NCBI GenBank assembly: GCA_027923505.1
Contig: BROI01000004.1
Coordinates: 1,178,001 to 1,242,000, forward strand
Length of the DNA: 64,000 nt
From: Mayamaea pseudoterrestris
Taxonomy: Eukaryota
Direction: 5' to 3'
The stretch's first letter is position 1, and the number at the start of each line of letters is the position of its first letter. The notes under the pieces are model-generated. The model saw only the letters and a list, made by a program, of their open reading frames with translations. It had not been told where the DNA came from and did no database searches. A program made the position numbers and the translations under genes. Of the stretch, positions 57,104-64,000 are shown in pieces.

Positions 57104-58675
57104 ATGTCAGCATCTCCTTCATCTCCTTCAAAACAAGATCAAGTCGCTGTCACTGCTGCTCGTCAAACCTTTGACATGGTCCAGCTCATTCTCAAGCGTC
57201 GTCGCCACGAGGAGCATTCAAACGCCGAGATTGAATGTTTGATAAGCGAATTCACCAGCGACAAGATTCCAAGTTACCAAATGGCAGCGTGGCTCATGGC
57301 CGTTTGCTGCAGCGGAGACGCTGGACGCGGATTGAACGCGCGCGAAACGGCAACCTTGACGCGCTGCTTGGTGGAATCGGGTCAGCAGTTGGATTGGAGC
57401 AGTGCAATCAATGCAAGCTTACGGCACAATGGCAACCAGCCACTGCTACAGCAGCAAGACGATTCGTACTTTCTCATGGACAAGCACAGCACGGGAGGCG
57501 TCGGCGACAAGGTGAGCTTGGTCTTGGCGCCACTGCTGGTAGCCTGCGGACAAGCCAACGTCAACGACGACTCCACACTATCACTACGCGTCCCCATGCT
57601 CGCCGGCCGCGGCCTCGGCCACACGGGCGGCACGATTGACAAGCTGGAAGCCATTCCTGGCTTTACCACCAATCTATCTGCCACCGAATTCATGAATCAA
57701 GTAAGTAACATTGGTTGCTGCATTGCCTGCGCCAGCTCTTACTTGGTTTGCCCGGCCGACGCCAAACTGTATGCGCTGCGCGACGTGACGGGAACCGTGT
57801 CGAACGTGGCGCTGCAGACGGCGTCAATCATGAGCAAAAAGATTTGCGAGCGACCGCAGTTGCTGCTGCTGGACTGCAAGTACGGAAATGGGTCCTTTCA
57901 AGCGACGAAAGAAGAGGCTGAAATACTTGCCAAGAGCATGATACATACTGGCGTAGCCAATGGGATTGTACCAACATTTGCGCTGCTGACGCGCATGAAT
58001 GAACCGCTCGGCTGCGCCGTTGGAAACTGGTTGGAGGTGCTGGAGTGCATTGACATTATGCGTGGTAACTTTTGGAAGCGGCGAGACTTGGTGACGCTCA
58101 TTGTCATGCAGGCGGCCTACATGATGTGGCAGTCCAAGCAGTTTGACGAAACATCAGTAAATGACTTGGCGTTGCTTGCCATGGATTGCTTGGTCAGCGG
58201 CAAGGCGCTAACAGTCTTTCGCAAGATGGTGGTGGCGCAAGGCGGAGACGTTTCTGTCGTTGATGATCCAACATCATATCCAATGGTCGCCAAATATACA
58301 GCTTCTATTTTCGCCAAGCAAGACGGCTACATTGCCGGCATTAATGCGTTAACGTTTGGACAGGTATCCGTGCAGCTGGGCGCTGGACGTTTCTTGGCGG
58401 ACGAAGCGGTGGACCCTTGCGCTGGTATTTGGCTGCACTGCCAAGTAGGTGATGCAATCAAAAGAGGAGACAAACTGGCGGATGTTTATACGAATCGTGA
58501 CGGCATTCTTATCGTGGCAATGGAGCGATTGGAAGCAGCGTTTACGTACTCTCATGTTCCTGTGGCGACACCTCCCATTGTATCTCATGTTGTTTTCAAG
58601 GATGGTACACAGGAGGTCACGATTCCGTCTGCCTTGACGGAATGCTTGCAGCTTTTCGACCAGCTTGAGAAGTGA
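57104..58675 (+). CDS. TYMP: Thymidine / pyrimidine-nucleoside phosphorylase
   Basis: YQMAAWLMAV; DKHSTGGVGDK; GRGLGHTGGTIDKLE; LYALRDVT; SIMSKK; LGAGR. Confidence 0.93.
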   Translation: MSASPSSPSKQDQVAVTAARQTFDMVQLILKRRRHEEHSNAEIECLISEFTSDKIPSYQMAAWLMAVCCSGDAGRGLNARETATLTRCLVESGQQLDWSSAINASLRHNGNQPLLQQQDDSYFLMDKHSTGGVGDKVSLVLAPLLVACGQANVNDDSTLSLRVPMLAGRGLGHTGGTIDKLEAIPGFTTNLSATEFMNQVSNIGCCIACASSYLVCPADAKLYALRDVTGTVSNVALQTASIMSKKICERPQLLLLDCKYGNGSFQATKEEAEILAKSMIHTGVANGIVPTFALLTRMNEPLGCAVGNWLEVLECIDIMRGNFWKRRDLVTLIVMQAAYMMWQSKQFDETSVNDLALLAMDCLVSGKALTVFRKMVVAQGGDVSVVDDPTSYPMVAKYTASIFAKQDGYIAGINALTFGQVSVQLGAGRFLADEAVDPCAGIWLHCQVGDAIKRGDKLADVYTNRDGILIVAMERLEAAFTYSHVPVATPPIVSHVVFKDGTQEVTIPSALTECLQLFDQLEK

Positions 58676-58893
58676 TGGCAACGGCGTATGCGTGTCAAAA
58701 ATTGTCATGTAGGTGGGCTGACGGTTCAGCTCGACAAGGAGCTCGAGTTTAGTGCCGCATAGCATCATTCTCTATATTATACTCCATCTGCGTCAACAAC
58801 TTAAACTAATAATCAATAAGCTTTAACTGTCATAAAGTCTATTTTAATTGACGACACCAATTACAACGTTCCGCGTCACACAATACAATCAGT

Positions 58894-59238
58894 TCAAATA
58901 GCTTTGATGGCAATCTTCATGCCACTACTCTTGCAGTGACCCGAAACGCTGCATCCAAAGTACCGCGTCTTGACGACACTCATCTTGATGGAGCACTGAT
59001 TGACACTGGTGCCGCACTTCTTTGTCGCCGCTGCAAAGTTGCACGCGTCAAAGGCCGACTTGCTGGGAAACTCGTAAACGTCGTGCGGGTCCCCGGCGTT
59101 GGTCCACTTGAAGACGACAACGTCGTTCTTGTTGACCGTCTTTTTCTGGCTAGGATTAAAGGTCCATGTGACTGTCTTGGTGGCTGCCAAGACGGCAACC
59201 ACGAGAAAGGTGAGGACGAGGGAGACAATCTTGATCAT
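58894..59238 (-). CDS. Secreted phytocyanin/plantacyanin-like blue copper protein
   Basis: Signal peptide; HDVY...FDAC; YFGCSVSGHCKSSGMK, giving type-1 Cu ligands H, C, H, M. Confidence 0.85.
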   Translation of the reverse strand: MIKIVSLVLTFLVVAVLAATKTVTWTFNPSQKKTVNKNDVVVFKWTNAGDPHDVYEFPSKSAFDACNFAAATKKCGTSVNQCSIKMSVVKTRYFGCSVSGHCKSSGMKIAIKAI

Positions 59239-59702
59239 GGTGAATGTTTGGATGGATGGATATAATTGTGATTATGCGCTTCCACATAATGTTTGTTATC
59301 GACCACGAGGTATTCGTCAATTCTGCCTGGGCATTGTTGTCTTGCTGTTGTCTTGCCGTTGAGTCAACGGCGTTGACACTGGTTCATATGTATGAAAGGA
59401 ACATACACCTACGTACGGAGATGTTTCGCTCAGTCATTCATTTCCTATTACTGTATGTACAACTTCGACCATCTGTTTTTTAAACCATTCTCCGTCGCAA
59501 TGCCGATGATGAATCTACGAAAGTAAGATCCGCAATTTACAGAAATGTGACCGTTGCCATGATTAGAGACTTCGTCGCGATCGCTTTCATTCAAGTAGAG
59601 CTTTTCTTTCAACTATAAACTAATCACATCAGCTACATCCCCGACTATGAGCATTACATTTAAATTACTGTCAACCCGAAGACTCATTCCAAAAAAAAAA
59701 AA

Positions 59703-60471
59703 AGACTGGTCAATTAAAAACCCGGTACCGGTACTCAAAATGACACTTTTGACGGTTTTTAGTTAGATACAGATTCGGAAAGACGACTCGACGGGCTTTC
59801 CAACGGTATGCGTAACGTATCTTATATCAAGTTATTTGGTCCCGTAGAGAAGGGAAATGGCTGAGTACCGGTTAATGTCGCACCCAATTCGACGACGGAA
59901 ACTCGAGGCAAACACCACACAAACAACAATCCAACACCTTCAACAATACTGCTTCTACCCCAACAAACCCAACAGAACCACCTCATGCCATTGAGAACTT
60001 GATAACTCATGATACTTCATTGCAGAATGAGCTTATTCGGCGTGAATTGATTGCTCAACGCCTCAAAAGCATGACCCCAGGCGAACTGTATTATTTCTCG
60101 CCTCCGTCGGTTTCGCTGTCTGGGCTGGATGATTTGACAAGCCAGCTACTTGTTTCCGAAGATAGAAGCGGCAATGTTGGAGGTATGGACGCGGTTGTGA
60201 TCACAAATCAGCGGCTGACCTGGAGCAGGCTTGCCAGTGCCAACCCGAACTTGTACCTGGGTGGACCTCTCTATTGGCCACAAGACTAATTAAAAGTCAT
60301 CTCACACTAATTAATACATTTATTAGATGTATGGTGCAATTTCAGGTGCTTTATGTGGCTTTATGATGTGTTTTACGATGGATCCACAGCGCAAAACTTT
60401 ACACGCCATTTTCTCGAAACGACTTTTTAACCTCATCCCTACATGGTACCGGGTTTTTAATTGACCAGTCT
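59703..60471. mobile_element. Non-autonomous DNA transposon / MITE with perfect 27-bp TIRs
   Basis: AGACTGGTCAATTAAAAACCCGGTACC at 59703-59729 and its exact reverse complement at 60445-60471. Confidence 0.8.
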
Positions 60472-60815
60472 ATGAAGTTCATCCAAAGTGGAGAAAATGC
60501 AAGCCGCCCGGGTCATTGTTCCGCCAGCGTTGTCAAATCCTAGTCGTTTTATTGGACGAGTGCTCATGAATACTCTGAACCACGACACAATTGACATTCA
60601 TGATTGAATTTTCAGTCGTGCAACCTGTTACTGACGCACCAAAACCGAGAACGGACATTTTGGCGATGGCTCGAGGTCCTTTGAGGCCGACCACATCACT
60701 GGCCGCGCCGAAAGAAAGCCATGGCGAAACAACAATACCTCGTGGATGCACAATATGCGTGCGTAGTAGATGCAGATGAAATACAAGTACCTCCATTAAT
60801 ATAATTGACGGAACC

Positions 60816-62771
60816 ATGCGATCTGTTCACCACCTTTTGCCCGTGTGGCTCTGTATCAGCATCGCCTCCATTCCACTTTCCGCTGCATCATCATGTCCAT
60901 TGCCATCCGACGTTCGCGTCCTTCGCAACGACTTGACCATGCGCGAAGTGGTCAATCCATCCACCAACACCATTACCATTCAAATGAACTACCAGGGCGA
61001 AACATGGCTGGCCTTTGGCGTCAACCCCGACGGCGAAATGATTGGCGGCGACGCAATCATTGGCTTGCCCGAAACAGGGTCAGTCATGCAGTACGACATG
61101 CGGCGCGAGTCCATGCGCGGCGTCAAGGAATGGACGACGCAGTCGTTGACGAATTCATCGATTACGCAGGAGAATGGAGTGACAGTGCTAACCTTCACCA
61201 TGCCGCTCGTGAACGACAATCAGCATGAGATTCTTGCCGACGGTCCCAACACCTTTTTGTATGCCTACGGCTACAGCAACACTTTGGCGGTGCACAAGCG
61301 CGCCGAACACTTTCGCGTGCGATCGGCGCTGCAGTCTTGCGTCCCAGCGACGGGTCTCACGACAAACTACGATGGCACCACGACGGATGGGACGGATGCC
61401 GCCACGAGTGGCTTCATTGATACGTCGGCTCCAGTGGCGACTGCAAGTCCGACGAGTGCGGCAACGGTAAAAGCAACGGGCGAGACGAGCGCACCACTTT
61501 CCGCCGCGGGTCCTAGCGCATCCGCTCGAGATTCATATTCCGCCGCGTCATCCTCATCGTCGTCCACGTCCTGCGCGCTTTCGAGTGACGCTCAAACGTT
61601 AATGGACGGCTTGACCTTTAAGCACGTTGTCAATCCAGACAATGCGGCAATTACTATAGAACTAACGTACGAGGGAGAAGCCTGGCTCGGCTTTGGCGTC
61701 AATCCAGACGGAGAAATGATTGGAGGCGACGCCGTGATTGGTTTGCCAGACACAAACAGTGTCATGCAGTACGACATGACGGGTGAAGGCTTGGACTTAG
61801 TCACGCCATGGTCGACGCAAACTCTTTCGGAAACATCCATCATTCAAACTGATGGAGTCACAATTTTGACATACACCATGCCACTGGTCAATGACAATCA
61901 GAATGTGATTCAGGCAAGTGGACCAAACACGTTCATCTTTGCCGTTGGCTTTGACAATACGCTGAATACGCACGCGATTGCGCGATCCTTCACCATGGAG
62001 GAAGCGCTGTTGACCTGCGACACGGCGTCACAATCGACACCAACGACTGACAATAATAGTATCACCGGTAGTTCCAATGGCGACAATGCAAGTACATCGG
62101 CCGGCTCCATCTCGGACGAACTCGCCCGCGCCACCCGCACCAAGCGACTCTGGATGGCGCACGGTTTGCTGCTTTCCGTGTCGTGGGGCATTTTGACGCC
62201 CCTCGCCATTGGCTGCAGCGTGCTGCGGCGAAAGCAGGGCGGCACCTGGTTTGTGTTGCATTCCAGTTTGAACAATTTGGTATTTTTGACGACAACCATT
62301 GGTTTCGCCATTGCCGTGTACATTTTGGGCAAGGAAGGTGACCAGCACTTTTCTGGAGAGCGACATAACTTATTGGGGCTGTTCGTATTTTTGTTACTGT
62401 TTGTTCAAGTCATGTCGGGTTGGTTTCGACCCAAGCTTCCCACGCATGCAGCGGCGGCCCGCAAGACGGTGGTCCAGCCCAACGAGGAGGAAGGTGAACA
62501 TGTCGCCACGGACATTGTCTACGCCAATGACCAAGCAACCGCACCAAAGAAGAGTTGCTTGCGTCTCATGTTTGAAATGCAACATCGCATCCTTGGGCTA
62601 GTGCTACTGATCCTGGCCTGGTATCAGGTGCACTTGGGCATTGAGCTGTACGAGGAGGAGTTTACGATGAACTTTAACGGCAAGGCCATCTTCTTTGGAG
62701 TGGCTTTCACAATCACAGGTTTGATCATTTTGGCCAAGATTGCACTCATTGTACGAAATAGACGTCGCTAA
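60816..62771 (+). CDS. CYBDOM protein: two DOMON domains + cytochrome b561 (ferric-chelate reductase-like)
   Basis: Signal peptide; duplicated WL.FGVNPDGEMIGGDA.IG...H; b561 histidines in MAHG, VLHS, RHNLLG and MQHRILG. Confidence 0.9.
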   Translation: MRSVHHLLPVWLCISIASIPLSAASSCPLPSDVRVLRNDLTMREVVNPSTNTITIQMNYQGETWLAFGVNPDGEMIGGDAIIGLPETGSVMQYDMRRESMRGVKEWTTQSLTNSSITQENGVTVLTFTMPLVNDNQHEILADGPNTFLYAYGYSNTLAVHKRAEHFRVRSALQSCVPATGLTTNYDGTTTDGTDAATSGFIDTSAPVATASPTSAATVKATGETSAPLSAAGPSASARDSYSAASSSSSSTSCALSSDAQTLMDGLTFKHVVNPDNAAITIELTYEGEAWLGFGVNPDGEMIGGDAVIGLPDTNSVMQYDMTGEGLDLVTPWSTQTLSETSIIQTDGVTILTYTMPLVNDNQNVIQASGPNTFIFAVGFDNTLNTHAIARSFTMEEALLTCDTASQSTPTTDNNSITGSSNGDNASTSAGSISDELARATRTKRLWMAHGLLLSVSWGILTPLAIGCSVLRRKQGGTWFVLHSSLNNLVFLTTTIGFAIAVYILGKEGDQHFSGERHNLLGLFVFLLLFVQVMSGWFRPKLPTHAAAARKTVVQPNEEEGEHVATDIVYANDQATAPKKSCLRLMFEMQHRILGLVLLILAWYQVHLGIELYEEEFTMNFNGKAIFFGVAFTITGLIILAKIALIVRNRRR

Positions 62772-63180
62772 GTGAATGTAGAGTAGATTTACAGTTTGTC
62801 ACGTTACTCACTGGTATAGACGATATTGATAGACCAAACGACATAGCATAATTTACATGCATGATCCCTTCAATTTATCGTCATTGCTATGGTTGCCTTT
62901 CGTCATCATTCTACCGTATGTGTAGCAAAAGCGAGCGACTTGCTCATTGAGTTATTTATTTTCCTTCGCAATAAATTCGGCCCTCGCCAACCTAGCAAAA
63001 ACGGTTGAGTACCAGTACGATGCAAAACGGGACCCACTTTCGACGGAAATTTCCTTGCTCGAAAACCGCACTTCACCATGGAAGAAAATCATTGACAGTA
63101 ACACAGCGTTCACAACATTTGGACAAGCTCATTTTGCTCGCAGCTAGAGATTAGTGTCGCAGATCAGCCTTGAAGCAAGC

Positions 63181-64000
63181 ATGACGTGGGATGATTTAGC
63201 AGTAGCGAAAACAACGGAGCTCACAAGAATTTGGATGTTTGCCTTTGGATCTCGAGGCGACGTTCAACCGTACGTGGCCGTGGCTCATGGACTAGTCAAG
63301 CGTGGCTACAAAATCACCTTCTTTTGCAACGCTCCCTCCTTTGCCAAATTTGCCGCATCGTTTGGATGCAAAGGCGTTTCCATGTGCGACAAGGAGGCGG
63401 ACGTGTACATGCGCGAGAATCCTCGCATGATGAAGGCCATGATGACGGGCAACGTCATGGTCGTATTCCAAGGACTCAAGGAAGAGACGAAACAGTCGGT
63501 ACCAACATATTGCGAAGCGTTTCTCAAGGAACTGAATGCGCAAGGTCCACCAGATTTATGCATGATCATGCCGCTCACCAACTACTTTGGCTGGTACCTG
63601 GCCATTCGTCACAAGGTTCCCTTTTTCCCAATGTCAACGTATGCAGCAGTCTACAATCCGGAACATCCGCCGTTTGGACTTCCGAAACTACCGTTTGGTT
63701 TGACAAAGTATTTGTTTCAAAACATTGTGCTCAAGGCCGTCTACGACGGCGTCAAGGGCTACGACAATTACCTCCAGGCGAACATTTTGGACCAGTATCC
63801 TTGGCCGCTCTTTCAACGTAACATTTTGAATCGCGTTTCTCCAGTCTTGATTCTTGGATCCTTTGAGATTGCCAAAGTACTGGCTGGAGGCGCGGAGCAA
63901 TTTCCGCGCGACAAGCTGATAACCGTTGGAACGACGGTCATTGAGCAAGACTTGCAGCTGCAACAGATTGATAACTTTGGCGGCCAGCACGAGTTTGATC
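63181..64000 (+). CDS. GT1 glycosyltransferase (sterol 3-beta-glucosyltransferase-like), partial
   Basis: Frame from ATG 63181 reads MTWDDLAVAKTTELTRIWMFAFGSRGDVQPYVAVAHGLVKRGYKITF; appears open to the window end. Confidence 0.8.
   Translation, partial: MTWDDLAVAKTTELTRIWMFAFGSRGDVQPYVAVAHGLVKRGYKITFFCNAPSFAKFAASFGCKGVSMCDKEADVYMRENPRMMKAMMTGNVMVVFQGLKEETKQSVPTYCEAFLKELNAQGPPDLCMIMPLTNYFGWYLAIRHKVPFFPMSTYAAVYNPEHPPFGLPKLPFGLTKYLFQNIVLKAVYDGVKGYDNYLQANILDQYPWPLFQRNILNRVSPVLILGSFEIAKVLAGGAEQFPRDKLITVGTTVIEQDLQLQQIDNFGGQHEFD

Noticed and set aside
57104..58675. Thymidine phosphorylase as recent bacterial HGT or contamination
   Set aside because: Composition and low-complexity inserts match neighbouring diatom genes; intronless genes are common here; a phylogeny would be needed.
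63231..63990. ORF-track calls 63231-63821 (+) and 63688-63990 (-)
   Set aside because: The real frame starts at 63181 (GSRGDVQP motif) and is unlisted because it has no stop within the window.

Overview
Eukaryotic nuclear DNA from a diatom; the 18S rRNA looks like a raphid pennate, but the species cannot be determined here. Layout from left to right. 1-9.3 kb: a nest of retroelements, namely a copia RT remnant, a truncated DIRS/Ngaro-like ORF1 and a near-full-length but frameshifted Ty1/copia (CoDi-like) element. 9.6-22.9 kb: a compact gene block with a coiled-coil protein, a sulfotransferase-like protein, an SFC1-like mitochondrial carrier, two atypical alpha-carbonic anhydrases, ETHE1, a methyltransferase and a PCO/ADO thiol dioxygenase. 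23-31 kb: decayed LINE fragments and a truncated gypsy element. 31.8-37.6 kb: one complete rDNA unit on the minus strand, bracketed by a ~356-bp direct repeat of the neighbouring MFS gene's 3' end. 41-51.7 kb: an MFS transporter, an AlkB-like 2OG dioxygenase + SRA + SGF29-Tudor fusion protein (the most notable item), a SART3/Prp24-like protein and a GH5 glucanase. 52.0-56.8 kb: a very young gypsy element with a TSD, an in-frame gag/pol stop, a palindromic non-tRNA-like PBS, and a gag segment replaced by sequence from the adjacent thymidine phosphorylase gene. 57-64 kb: thymidine phosphorylase, a phytocyanin-like blue copper protein, a TIR-bounded MITE, a 2xDOMON-cytochrome b561 protein and a partial sterol-glucosyltransferase-like gene. 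Several repeat-region oddities could be long-read consensus artefacts and need read-level checks. All domain calls are by eye from motifs, not from database searches.
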